From IMG/VR virus record IMGVR_UViG_3300022917_000011, positions 1 to 59,007 of that record: DNA of 59,007 nucleotides; one strand, written 5' to 3'. Every line of letters starts with the position of its first letter. The stretch's first letter is position 1. This DNA is from a virus (lineage: Duplodnaviria; Caudoviricetes). The notes beneath the pieces were generated by a model. It saw nothing but the letters and a program-made list of their open reading frames with translations, was not told where the DNA came from and did no database searches. Both the position numbers and the translations under genes were made by a program. Below are positions 10,164 to 19,646 of this stretch, one piece after another.

Positions 10164-10705
10164 GCGAACACTTCATCATCCTCGGACTCCCCCGCTCGAT
10201 GACCGCATGGGTCTCGTGTTTCCTGACGTGTGGGGACGTGTTCTGCCAGCACGAGTTGGCAGAGCATGAACCCATGGAGCTAGCATTGGAAAAAATCCCG
10301 CAACCTTTTGCGATTTCTGGTGTGTGCGATTCAGGGCTTTTGTTCTATCACGAGTGGGTAAGAGAGAAATACCCAAACGCTAAATACCTTTGGATTGAAC
10401 GGCCTCAAGAGGACGCAGAGGATTCTTTCATGGCTGCTACTGGCACGAGCAGAGCACAGTTGGGAATGACTTTTCAAGGCTGGCGTATAGAAAAAGAGCT
10501 ATTTCTAGAATTCACAAAACCTGAAGTTTTCACCTTCGATGAACTACAAACCGAAGAAGGCGCGAAAAGGCTTTGGGATTACGTTGCTCCTTCTGTTCCA
10601 CTTCCTCCGGCGCATCTGGCGAAGATGATGACCCTGAAGGTCGTAGTCCATCCGAAGGTTTACGCTGAAGCCGCTGCCACCCTGAACGCCCTCACCACCG
10701 CCTAA
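10160..10705 (+). CDS. Sulfotransferase-like P-loop protein
   Basis: FIILGLPRSMTAWVSCFL...CQHE matches the 5'-PSB loop pattern, and KYLWIER...S the 3'-PB pattern. GTG start overlaps the previous stop. Confidence 0.65.
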   Translation: MSEHFIILGLPRSMTAWVSCFLTCGDVFCQHELAEHEPMELALEKIPQPFAISGVCDSGLLFYHEWVREKYPNAKYLWIERPQEDAEDSFMAATGTSRAQLGMTFQGWRIEKELFLEFTKPEVFTFDELQTEEGAKRLWDYVAPSVPLPPAHLAKMMTLKVVVHPKVYAEAAATLNALTTA

Positions 10706-10707
10706 TC

Positions 10708-11571
10708 ATGCCCTACGGAGCCATCATTCAAGCCGTCATGCAGATCGCCGGAGCGGCGGTCGCGGGCAACCAGTTGCAGAAAGCCCGTGGGGGTTACGAG
10801 GCACAGATGGGCAAGACCGAGCGGGTTGAGCCCATCCGTGAGCCCAACCCCCAGATGTTCAACTGGGAGAATGCGTTGAACTCGGTCCTCGGCGCGAACC
10901 GGAACAACCGGACGATGCGTTACGACGACGCGGCGAAGCAGAACCAGTTCAATCGCGGGCAGGCGATGAAGATGTACACCGCTCTCCAGCCCTACTTCAA
11001 ACAGCTTCAGTCTCAGCAGGGCAAGAACGCTCTCTCCTTCTCCCGTGGCGAGTTGCCACAGGATACCGTAGACTCCATAGGGCGTGCTGCCGCCTCACGG
11101 GGTATCCAGGGCGGATACGGCATGGGCGTGGGGGCAGGCGCACCCGGCAGCGCCATGAGCAAGGTAAATCTGCGTGACCTTGGGCTTACTTCCTTGGATC
11201 TGACCAAGTATGGCACGGGGCTCTCGATGGACGTGAACCGGCTGGCCCAGCAGCTTTCCCCGCAACTGGCCAACCCCGAAGCCTACGCGCTCAGTCCACA
11301 GGTCGGCATGGGCTTTGCCGAGGGAAATACCAATCGCTTCAACGAGTCCAATCGGTATTGGAACTCGCTCCAGAATAAAGCCGAGTGGGATAACGTGGCT
11401 ACCCTCAACTACGCCAACGAGGCCATCGCCAACGCCAATCTGGCCAGCCGGTCTGCTGAGGCCAAGATGTGGAGCGAACTCGGCAGTAGCTCTGGCAGCG
11501 CTATGGGCGGCGGAGGAGGGGGAGGTGGTGGCGGAGGTAGTTCAATCATGTCAATGTTCGGAGGAGTCTAA
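10708..11571 (+). CDS. Internal virion / DNA ejection protein
   Basis: Gly/Ala/Gln/Asn/Met-rich, no Cys, poly-Gly tail; podovirus synteny. Confidence 0.65.
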   Translation: MPYGAIIQAVMQIAGAAVAGNQLQKARGGYEAQMGKTERVEPIREPNPQMFNWENALNSVLGANRNNRTMRYDDAAKQNQFNRGQAMKMYTALQPYFKQLQSQQGKNALSFSRGELPQDTVDSIGRAAASRGIQGGYGMGVGAGAPGSAMSKVNLRDLGLTSLDLTKYGTGLSMDVNRLAQQLSPQLANPEAYALSPQVGMGFAEGNTNRFNESNRYWNSLQNKAEWDNVATLNYANEAIANANLASRSAEAKMWSELGSSSGSAMGGGGGGGGGGGSSIMSMFGGV

Positions 11572-11573
11572 CC

Positions 11574-12674
11574 ATGCCAGTTCTAGGATACGGCCAAGTC
11601 AGCGGAATCGCCCCCGGTCTTTTTCAAGACGCCGGGGACTCCATCGTCGCGGGCATCCGCCGCACCGGGCAGGAGATTCGCACAAACCTCCGGCAGATTC
11701 AGACCAACAAGCAACTCAATGCTTTCGGTCAGGAGGCCGCGACTCTCGATCCCGCCGCGCCCAACTTCGCCACGTCGCTGATGGGCCTCGCCGGGAAGTA
11801 TCCCCTCGCGGCAGGCAGCGAGGCGGGGCAGACCATGGTAGGGCTGCTGGCCAGCGCGAACAAGAACGCCATGGGGCTGGAGATGGATGCGCGGAATTTT
11901 AATCAGCAGGCGGCTCGCGATCTTCGTCTTCACAAATATCAGATGGAGGAAAACAAGAGCAAACCTTCTTCTCTCACCGGGCAATATCGCCGGGTGCCGG
12001 GATTGGGGATTGTGGACGTTTTGAGTGGAGAAACTATTGCTGCTGAGCCGGGCAAAACCAAAACACTGAACGAAGGTCAATCGCTGGTGGATGAAAACGG
12101 GAACGTCATCGTGGCTCCTCGGGATCGCACGACCGCCACACCTTACCGCTTTGGTGGAGGGGTGGTGGGAAATGCAGCGACCGGGGAATTTGAGCCACTG
12201 CCCCTGACGCCATTTCAAGAAGGCACGCTCATGCAGCGTGGGGATGCTGCTGCCTTAAACCAATCCAAAGCGGCGATCATGGGGTTACAAGGAGACATCG
12301 CCCGATTGGTTCAAGAGGATGGTATTCTTTCTCAAGAGGCTGCAAAAACAGAAGACACACAGCGGAAAATCGCCATCCAGGCACGACGGGAAGACATTGC
12401 TCGGCGCGTGGACCGAAACCGTAGTGAATTGGATACTCTGATGAGGGTGACAGCAGACATCCCTCTTCAAGGACCATCGGCAGGAGCAAACAACCCACTC
12501 GCCCCTCGGGTGCTGGGCGGCCTGAACCCCCCACCCATCGCCGTAGACCCAATGGTTTCCGGTGCTCCCGTTCCGCAAATCGGCGGGGGTTCCGTGCTGC
12601 CTCCAGCGGGAGCCATCCCTTCGACTCGCAAAAACTCAGGTCCATCTTGGCAAAAGTATCTGCCCGCTCCATAG
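11574..12674 (+). CDS. Internal virion / DNA ejection protein
   Basis: 366 aa, helical and low-complexity, TLNEGQSLVDENGNVI repeat-type motif, no Cys. Confidence 0.65.
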   Translation: MPVLGYGQVSGIAPGLFQDAGDSIVAGIRRTGQEIRTNLRQIQTNKQLNAFGQEAATLDPAAPNFATSLMGLAGKYPLAAGSEAGQTMVGLLASANKNAMGLEMDARNFNQQAARDLRLHKYQMEENKSKPSSLTGQYRRVPGLGIVDVLSGETIAAEPGKTKTLNEGQSLVDENGNVIVAPRDRTTATPYRFGGGVVGNAATGEFEPLPLTPFQEGTLMQRGDAAALNQSKAAIMGLQGDIARLVQEDGILSQEAAKTEDTQRKIAIQARREDIARRVDRNRSELDTLMRVTADIPLQGPSAGANNPLAPRVLGGLNPPPIAVDPMVSGAPVPQIGGGSVLPPAGAIPSTRKNSGPSWQKYLPAP

Positions 12675-12680
12675 TCTGCC

Positions 12681-15600
12681 ATGCCGACCGAGCCGCTAGA
12701 ATGGGCAGCAATCGAATCTGATCCTGATTTTCAGGCCATTCCTTTTCCCCAAAAAGAGCAGGTTTTCAACAACTGGAAAACCGATGTCTCGGGGTTTTTG
12801 AAAGCTCAAGGTGCTCCGGAAGAGGATATTCAAGCTTTCGATGGCGCGGCCAATTCTACCTTCGAGCGGCGTTTTCTAATCCCTGAAATTCAGCAGGCCC
12901 AGCAAGCTACCATCGGGATTGCAGAATTGGACGTTGCCCCTTATCGCGTAAATCCGCAGGACGAGCAAATCCTCAACAATGAGGCAGTGACGGCCATGCG
13001 CCTCTACAAGGAGCGCGGAGAGTGGGAAGCACTTCCTGCTGACCAACGGCAGGCACTGGAACGCCGGGCGGCGAAAGGGCAGGCAGAAAAGCCCTTTGTG
13101 GAAACTCGGGTTGCTCCGGAAAGTCCGCTCCAGCGGTTCTTCGGTCCTGCCGTCACCGCGCAGGCGCAGAAAGAGATGAACCGGGGCATCACGGACAGTG
13201 GCGGCGCAGTGGCTGGTGGTGCTCTTGGCACGCAGATGATGATGGGGCTCCGGGGTGGACCACTCGGTGTGCTGTTGCCTGTGGCCGGGGCGATTGGCGG
13301 GGCAATGGTCGGCGGTGGTGTGCAGGAAGAAGCGACTACACTTTTGGAGAATAGTCCCGAGGTCACTGCCACCCGGCGCGAACGCACGACTCAGCTTCAA
13401 AACTCCCCCGAATATAAAGGCGGTAGCCTGCTCGCCATGGGCTCGCTGTTCCGACCATCGCTCAGTGTGGTTCGTGGGGCGTTGCGCGGGGACGCGGAAG
13501 CCATCGGCAACCTTGCCATTGGCGGTGGTCTCGGCGTGGGCACAGCCGCCGTGCAGCCGATTCTCGAAGGCCGGATGCCCACCACAGGCGAACTGCTCGA
13601 AGGCGGGGCGCTGGGACTCGCCTTGCACCAACCTACGCGCTTGGCGCAAGGTCTGTTCGGCTTTCGCCCCTACCAGCTTCGGCCCAATGGCCTGACCGAC
13701 ACCGTGCGAACGCCGCTGGGAACGCTGGACGCTGAAGGCCGGATTGTGCAGCCCGACGCTCCTGAGGGCGTGGCCCTGCGCTCCATGGAGGGGTTGAAGG
13801 CCACGGAGCCCGTAGAACCGTTGCCGTCTAACGACGCTACATCGTTGCTGGATTCCATTGCGGTGAACCATACCCCCGAAGGTGGTCCCACCGATTGGGT
13901 GGCCGTGCGGAATACGCTTTCCTCCCTTCAGCCGAAAAGCGGGGCCGATCCCGAACTGGTAGGGGTTATGGACGAAGCTCTCCAAATGGCCAGGCAGCGG
14001 GCGGGAGATGAAGCACCTGTGGAAGCGGACGTTCTGCCGCCTGTCGATGCTATTCCGGAAGTAGGACCGGAAACTCGAAATGGGCAGACCGGACGCACTG
14101 TGGAAGGCATTTGGGTGCCCGACGAGTTGCCGCGTGCTCCGCAACGAACTGGAAATGAAACTCCAGAAAACGTGCTCCCAACAGAGACAGTTTTGGAAAC
14201 GAACGTGCCACCACCTCCGCCCGGGGACGTGTCCGGTGAACGTGTGCAGCCGCCGTGGCCTGCTGATGGTCCAGCAGGGGTTAGGAATGCTTTTACCGAA
14301 GCAGAACGCGTCCGTCTTGGTTTCCCTGGCCGGGAAGAATCCACGGCACGTGCTTTTCCGAAACTCCACGAGGCGGCAGCAAAAGCTTTTGACGAAAATC
14401 CGAATGCTGGAAGCCAACTGGTAAAGAGCTTGCAGGAAAATCCTCGGGTTCCCGATGGAGACGACATAGCTATTTTGACCTTCGAGGCCAAGCGGCGGCA
14501 GATGGCTGTGGACCAATCTTACGAGGCAGTAAACAACGCTCGTACGCCGGAAGAATTGGCCAAGGCGCAAACTCGTTTGTCCCAAGATGCCCTCGCTTAC
14601 CAAGAAGCGATGTCTGTTTATGAACTCACCGGGAGTGCTCAATCTGAGGGCTTTTATGCTCGCCGGATGATGGTGAACGAGGATTTTTCTTTGGCTCGAA
14701 TGCTCGCCCGCGAGCGAGCCACGAAGCCCGACGCTGCTCCGCTTACTCCGGCAGAAATCGCGGAAGTCGGGAAAGTCCACGATGAAATCAAAATCGCGCA
14801 GGAGAACGTCGCGAAAGTTGAATCCAAAATTGCGGACACGGAAGCCGAGCAAATCCATAAACAACTTTTGAAACAAGCCAAGGGCGCGGCGAAGGAGAAG
14901 AAAGGCTTGGTGGACTATTTTAACGAGCAGGCGGAGGCGGCTCGCAAGCGTATCATTGGACGCCGTGGCCGTCTCCAGACCGGAGACCCGCTAAACCTCG
15001 CGGGCTTGGTGGACGAGGCCATCATTGGCGCGTCCTACGTGGCCAAGGGGGTGCGTGACTTTGCCCAGTGGAGCAAGCAAATGCTCACCGAGTTTGGGGA
15101 GCGCGTGCGTCCCCATCTCCAAGACTTGTTCACTCGCAGCCAGCAAATCGAGGCGGAGAATTCCAAACCATTCCGCACGCCAACCCCCGCTGAGATTTTG
15201 ACCGAGGCCAATGGGGCGATGAACCCGAAGGTTGTTTTCGATCTCGCACGGGCACACGTCAATTCGGGCAAGACCGATATGGCGGAAGTGATGAAGGCGG
15301 TCCATGGAGACCTTCTGCCGACAAATCCCAACCTCACCGAGCGCCAAGTGAGGGATGCCTTCAGCGGCTACGGAAAAACCACTTTCCCTAGCAAGGCAGC
15401 AGACCTAACCGCGCTGCGCGAGATGAAGACGCTTGCCCGGCTCACGTCCCAACTGGAGGACGCGCAGCGGAAAATTGCCCCGCTCAAGTCGGGACCACAG
15501 CGGGACAAGGCATCGGCCAAAGTTCGAGAACTGCAAAAGAAAGTGGACGCCGAGATGCGCAAGCAAGGCATCAATCCAGGCAATCCAGCCACCCAGCTTG

Positions 15601-17540
15601 CTTCCGCGCACACGGCCCGCGTTACCCGTCTCAAAAACACCATCGAGGAACTTCAAGGGAACATTGCGGCGGGCAAACGCACGCCTCAAACCGAGGGCGT
15701 CCCGTGGACTGCCGAGGAGTTGGCGCTGCGTGACCAGGTGGACGTGCTGCGCGACCAACTGGACGCCGTGCTCAACCAGCCAGAGAGCGACAAGCTCAAT
15801 GGGCTCCTGAAGCGCATCGAGGCGGTCACGGAGAAGCTGAAATCTGGAAACATTGAGCCGAAGACGGGCAAGCCCACGGTGGACACGGCGGCAGTGGCAG
15901 AGGCCAAGTTGAAATTGTCGGCACTAAATCGAGAATTGGCCCAAGCGCGCAGAGCCCAGCGTTTGAAAGAAAATCCCCCGAAAACCGAAGACGAGAAAAA
16001 ACTTCGTGCGCTGGAGAAACGCCGGGATGACTTGATCGCCGGGAAAATGAAACCCGGTCGTAAGCTCGGCGCGGATACCGAGGAACAGGCCATGGTGCGC
16101 TCGCAGATTGAAGACCTGACCTCTCAAATTCGAGAGGCAGAACAGACGGTTTTTAACTCTCCTGAAGCTCGGCTTGCCCGTGCCAAGGAAGCCTCTCTGG
16201 CTCGGCAGAAAGAGATTCAGCGGCGCATCGACGCCAACGACTACGCTCCTCCCGTGAAGCGGGACAAGGTGATGGACCGAGATTTGATGAAGGCGCTTTA
16301 CCAGGAGAGCCTGCTCAAAGAGGAATGGCAAAATCGTGCTGCCGATCAGGAGTGGTCACGCAAAAGCGTCTGGAGCAAAACGAAGGCCATCCTTGGTGAT
16401 AGCCCAAACTTGGCGCGCATCCTGATTACCTCGGCGGATGGCCCGGCGATTTTCCGGCAGACATTGACCAGCCTGACCACGCCCGTTCGCACTTCCAAGG
16501 CTGCGTGGCAGTCCATGCGGGCGATGTTCTCTGAGCAGAAGCGATTCGAGTTTCAGCGAGACATCGCCACCCGCCCGAATGCTCCGCTTTACGAGGCCAG
16601 CGGACTGCGCATCACCCGGCCCAATGCCAAGGCGTCTGCGACTGAGGAGCAATATATGTCCCGGCTGCTCAACAAGCTCCCGAAGTGGACCATCGTGGGT
16701 CCGGTTGCTCGGGCGGCAGAGCGGTCCTTTACGACCTACCTCAATCGTTACCGGGCAGACATGTTCGATGCGATGTACAAGCTCTACAAGCCCGGCGACT
16801 ACGAGCTTCCACAGATGGCGTCGGTGATCAACGATTTCACCGGCAGCGCGTCTTTGCGCGGCAGCAAGGTGGGAGACGCCATCGAGAACGCAGCCCCGTT
16901 CCTCAACAAACTTTTCTTTGCTGCCCGTAAGACCATCGCCGACCTCCGGGTGGGCACGTTCATGCCGCTCATCGGGGCGAAAGGCACGCTCAAATCGCGC
17001 ACCTATGCCTTGGAAAATTACGCTCGGTTGGTAGGCACCATGGGTCTTTTCCTCGGCCTGGCCCGCGCTGCCGGGCTCTACTACGAGACCGACCCACGCT
17101 CCACCCACTTTGGGAAAGTCTACGTGCCTGGAGAAAATGGGAAGCTCGGGGTGTGGCATGATGCCTTCAGCGGGCCGACTAAGGCGTTCACCCTCGCTGC
17201 ACGTGGAGCGACCGGAGAGACCAAAACAGCAAAAGGCAAAATTGACTCGCTGACCGATCCCAAATACGGAGGCGCGGACTTCTCAGATACCTTTGCCGGG
17301 TTCATGGGTGGCAAGCTCTCGCCTCTGCTCTCGAACGCTAAGGCTGCACTGGACCGAAAGGAATACGATGGGAGCCCCATTACCGTGCAAAGTACTGTGC
17401 TGAAAAACACCGTCCCAATTTCATACCAAAGCATTAAACCGATCATGGAACGCCTAGGCATTCCCAAGGGCGCAGCTACTCAGGCGTTCCAGTTCTTCGG
17501 CGGTGGGGCACAACCCGCTCGGGTTGCACCCAGACGCTGA
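12681..17540 (+). CDS. Large internal virion / ejection protein
   Basis: 1619 aa with Gly-rich hydrophobic segments and long coiled coils, zero Cys; last gene of the late arm. Confidence 0.75.
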   Translation: MPTEPLEWAAIESDPDFQAIPFPQKEQVFNNWKTDVSGFLKAQGAPEEDIQAFDGAANSTFERRFLIPEIQQAQQATIGIAELDVAPYRVNPQDEQILNNEAVTAMRLYKERGEWEALPADQRQALERRAAKGQAEKPFVETRVAPESPLQRFFGPAVTAQAQKEMNRGITDSGGAVAGGALGTQMMMGLRGGPLGVLLPVAGAIGGAMVGGGVQEEATTLLENSPEVTATRRERTTQLQNSPEYKGGSLLAMGSLFRPSLSVVRGALRGDAEAIGNLAIGGGLGVGTAAVQPILEGRMPTTGELLEGGALGLALHQPTRLAQGLFGFRPYQLRPNGLTDTVRTPLGTLDAEGRIVQPDAPEGVALRSMEGLKATEPVEPLPSNDATSLLDSIAVNHTPEGGPTDWVAVRNTLSSLQPKSGADPELVGVMDEALQMARQRAGDEAPVEADVLPPVDAIPEVGPETRNGQTGRTVEGIWVPDELPRAPQRTGNETPENVLPTETVLETNVPPPPPGDVSGERVQPPWPADGPAGVRNAFTEAERVRLGFPGREESTARAFPKLHEAAAKAFDENPNAGSQLVKSLQENPRVPDGDDIAILTFEAKRRQMAVDQSYEAVNNARTPEELAKAQTRLSQDALAYQEAMSVYELTGSAQSEGFYARRMMVNEDFSLARMLARERATKPDAAPLTPAEIAEVGKVHDEIKIAQENVAKVESKIADTEAEQIHKQLLKQAKGAAKEKKGLVDYFNEQAEAARKRIIGRRGRLQTGDPLNLAGLVDEAIIGASYVAKGVRDFAQWSKQMLTEFGERVRPHLQDLFTRSQQIEAENSKPFRTPTPAEILTEANGAMNPKVVFDLARAHVNSGKTDMAEVMKAVHGDLLPTNPNLTERQVRDAFSGYGKTTFPSKAADLTALREMKTLARLTSQLEDAQRKIAPLKSGPQRDKASAKVRELQKKVDAEMRKQGINPGNPATQLASAHTARVTRLKNTIEELQGNIAAGKRTPQTEGVPWTAEELALRDQVDVLRDQLDAVLNQPESDKLNGLLKRIEAVTEKLKSGNIEPKTGKPTVDTAAVAEAKLKLSALNRELAQARRAQRLKENPPKTEDEKKLRALEKRRDDLIAGKMKPGRKLGADTEEQAMVRSQIEDLTSQIREAEQTVFNSPEARLARAKEASLARQKEIQRRIDANDYAPPVKRDKVMDRDLMKALYQESLLKEEWQNRAADQEWSRKSVWSKTKAILGDSPNLARILITSADGPAIFRQTLTSLTTPVRTSKAAWQSMRAMFSEQKRFEFQRDIATRPNAPLYEASGLRITRPNAKASATEEQYMSRLLNKLPKWTIVGPVARAAERSFTTYLNRYRADMFDAMYKLYKPGDYELPQMASVINDFTGSASLRGSKVGDAIENAAPFLNKLFFAARKTIADLRVGTFMPLIGAKGTLKSRTYALENYARLVGTMGLFLGLARAAGLYYETDPRSTHFGKVYVPGENGKLGVWHDAFSGPTKAFTLAARGATGETKTAKGKIDSLTDPKYGGADFSDTFAGFMGGKLSPLLSNAKAALDRKEYDGSPITVQSTVLKNTVPISYQSIKPIMERLGIPKGAATQAFQFFGGGAQPARVAPRR

Positions 17541-17597
17541 TCAATCGTGTGCAGGCTCGCTATGAGCAGGCGGCGAAGGCAGTGGGGTTATGGTGAG

Positions 17598-18311
17598 CTA
17601 GCGAACGCTCATCAACTCGCGCCTGATTCTAGTGTCCGGTCGGCATGCCCAAATCGGGATGCTTGGATCGTTGAAGGGGTGCTTGAACACTTCCTGCCCG
17701 TTGATGCCACCCCACTTTTTTTTGTAGAACTCGAATCCCTTGCCATGAGTGATCCCGTTTTTCCTGCGCAACTCGGGGTCGCTCATGATGGTGCAGGAGC
17801 CAGTGGCCTTGGCGTCCCCGTGCTTTGAGGTAAGCCCATGCACCGTTGCACGCTTCACGCCCAGCAAATCAGCGCGATAGGCCCACTCGGTGTCCTCCAA
17901 ATAGGCCGGCCATAGGGCCTGCTCGAATGCGCCCACAGTGTTATATCCCATCTCCGTCACCCCCCACCAGCTTGCGCCGTGATTGCCATACAGGCAGCCC
18001 AGCGCCGGATCATTCGTAATGTCGTGGTGGAACTTCGCCAAATCCCCCGGCGCAAACTCGATGTCGTTGTTGACCAGCAGCCAGTAATCAGCCGGGAACA
18101 GCGTGATGGCCTCGTTCCAGCTTGCCGCAACCCCGGCGTTGGGATGTCGGATGAGCGTCCAGTTGAGCACGCTGGGCGGCGGATCGACGGTTCCGTCTTC
18201 AGTGCCGTTCTGGATGATGACCAGCCGCTCGACCGGGAAATCAATGGAGGCCACGCAGCGCAGAAGCAAATCTCTCCTATTTAGAAATGGCACGGCCATG
18301 ATAGGTATCAT
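17598..18311 (-). CDS. Glycosyltransferase, GT2-like (GT-A fold)
   Basis: VPFLNRRDLLLRCVASI, IIQNG, NAGVAASWN, LLVNNDI and AYLEDTEW motifs. Confidence 0.88.
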   Translation of the reverse strand: MIPIMAVPFLNRRDLLLRCVASIDFPVERLVIIQNGTEDGTVDPPPSVLNWTLIRHPNAGVAASWNEAITLFPADYWLLVNNDIEFAPGDLAKFHHDITNDPALGCLYGNHGASWWGVTEMGYNTVGAFEQALWPAYLEDTEWAYRADLLGVKRATVHGLTSKHGDAKATGSCTIMSDPELRRKNGITHGKGFEFYKKKWGGINGQEVFKHPFNDPSIPIWACRPDTRIRRELMSVR

Positions 18312-18790
18312 TTGTATTTTGGATGAAATTTTCTTACGCCTCTAATTTGTTCTGGGGACGTAGCCGCAAGTATTGGGTCCCAACCTTGCCGGATTCGTCC
18401 AGCAACAGTAGAACGGTGAAGCCCTAAGTGGCGCGACCAATCGGCACAAGTTTTTGTAACACCATCGATGGTTATGAATCGAGAATTAATCCGATTGTCG
18501 TTCTGAACTTTGCGAGTCGCCCACCGGCAATTCTCTGGGAAATATCCTTTTGTTCCGTCAATCCGGTCGAGCGACGTGCCCTCCGGGCGGGGCCCCATGT
18601 CCTCTATGAAATTCTCGAAAACATCCCACCGTTCGCAAACAGATATTCCGCGTCCCCCGTAATGGTAAAAAACAGGATTTTTTGGGTTGCTACATCTACT
18701 TCTCATTTGTGTCCAACTTCGATGTTCCGGAGAAACTCCCGCGTTTGTGCAGTGGCCGTGCCTTGGTAGGGCGCCCGCCCCTCTTGCCAT
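18308..18790 (-). mobile_element. HNH-type homing endonuclease
   Basis: HGH...WTQMRSRC.NP....YGGRGISVCERW and SLDRIDGTKGYFPENCRWA motifs. The frame is open back to 18889. Confidence 0.9.
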
Positions 18791-18893
18791 TTTCACGGGA
18801 GGCAGCGCACTTTCGTTTGGATTGGGATTTTCCGCCTTTGAGTCCCCCAAGTTTCCCAAGGGCGACTGCGTGTTTGTTTTTAAGCTCATTCAT
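18696..18893 (-). CDS. Small basic peptide (AVALGKLGG...ENGKRGGRP), putative DNA-binding
   Basis: Has a paralog at 32411-32563 and sits directly behind a sigma70-type promoter. Confidence 0.75.
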   Translation of the reverse strand: MNELKNKHAVALGKLGGLKGGKSQSKRKCAASRENGKRGGRPTKARPLHKRGSFSGTSKLDTNEK

Positions 18894-18896
18894 GGA

Positions 18897-18925
18897 ATCC
18901 TAATCCGGTTTGGGTTTCTTGTCAA
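18897..18925 (-). promoter_or_regulatory. Sigma70-type promoter with near-leaderless start
   Basis: TTGACA-17 nt-TAGGAT-tcc-ATG, with an imperfect palindrome centred on CCGG over the spacer and -10. Confidence 0.75.
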
Positions 18926-19473
18926 CCTTTGGAAAAATACACGAGATTCGCGAGGGTCTGGTGGACTACATAATAGCTCCGGTCCATCAAGTAGTCACGC
19001 ACGCGCCAGTCGATTCCAAGACCCTCCGTCCGATATTCCGCGATGATGATGCGTGGCTGATGGTCTTCCAGAACCATCGAGGTCAACGCCTCGAACTCAT
19101 GGCCCTCCACGTCTAGCGTCAGTAGGTCAATTTTACCGATGCCATGCTTTTCCAGTAAGCTCTCCAGGGTGACTGCCGGAACGAACGGGTTGCCGTCCTC
19201 CACGCGGGAGACGACGTGGTTGGGGTGGAAGTTGAACGGCACCTCGGGTTGGTCGCTGATAATCGCGTTCACGAAAGGCGTCTTCCATTTGTGGGCATGG
19301 GCCGGGTTGCCGTCGATGGACAGCCCGCGCCAGCCGAGATCACGAAGCAGCGCGGTGTTGCTGCCGGTGATAGGGTCGGCAGCGCCGAGGTCTACGTAAA
19401 CCCGGTTATTGCCTCCCAGATGGTTGTTTTCGTAGAGCCAGCGATCTTCGCCAAATTCGGAGTAGAATTTCAT
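18922..19473 (-). CDS. FkbM-family SAM methyltransferase
   Basis: FYSEFGED, YVDLGAADP..GSNT and IDLLTLDVEGHE motifs. Confidence 0.92.
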   Translation of the reverse strand: MKFYSEFGEDRWLYENNHLGGNNRVYVDLGAADPITGSNTALLRDLGWRGLSIDGNPAHAHKWKTPFVNAIISDQPEVPFNFHPNHVVSRVEDGNPFVPAVTLESLLEKHGIGKIDLLTLDVEGHEFEALTSMVLEDHQPRIIIAEYRTEGLGIDWRVRDYLMDRSYYVVHQTLANLVYFSKG

Positions 19474-19646
19474 TTTGGGGTATTAACTTTATCCAAACGA
19501 GCGATGGTTTTTACGTGCCTCACAGTGCCTCCGAATCCTTGATTAGAGACAAGTTCCAAAGCTTCTTTCCGCGTATAGGCAGCAACGCTAGTAGTCTCAA
19601 CCAATGTCATCTCCACGTTGTAAATTTTCAGTTTCTTAGCTTTCAT
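19470..19646 (-). CDS. Small hypothetical protein
   Basis: 58 aa from ATG 19646; start and stop are coupled with both neighbours. Confidence 0.55.
   Translation of the reverse strand: MKAKKLKIYNVEMTLVETTSVAAYTRKEALELVSNQGFGGTVRHVKTIARLDKVNTPK

Noticed and set aside
11505-11540. G-rich tract as a G-quadruplex or microsatellite
   Set aside because: It is explained by poly-Gly codons in the ejection protein.
12876-14876. 666-aa antisense ORF (also the long antisense ORFs at 52303-53946, 57182-58654 and 48394-49563)
   Set aside because: These are shadow frames of well-supported genes in GC-rich, codon-biased DNA, with no recognisable motifs.
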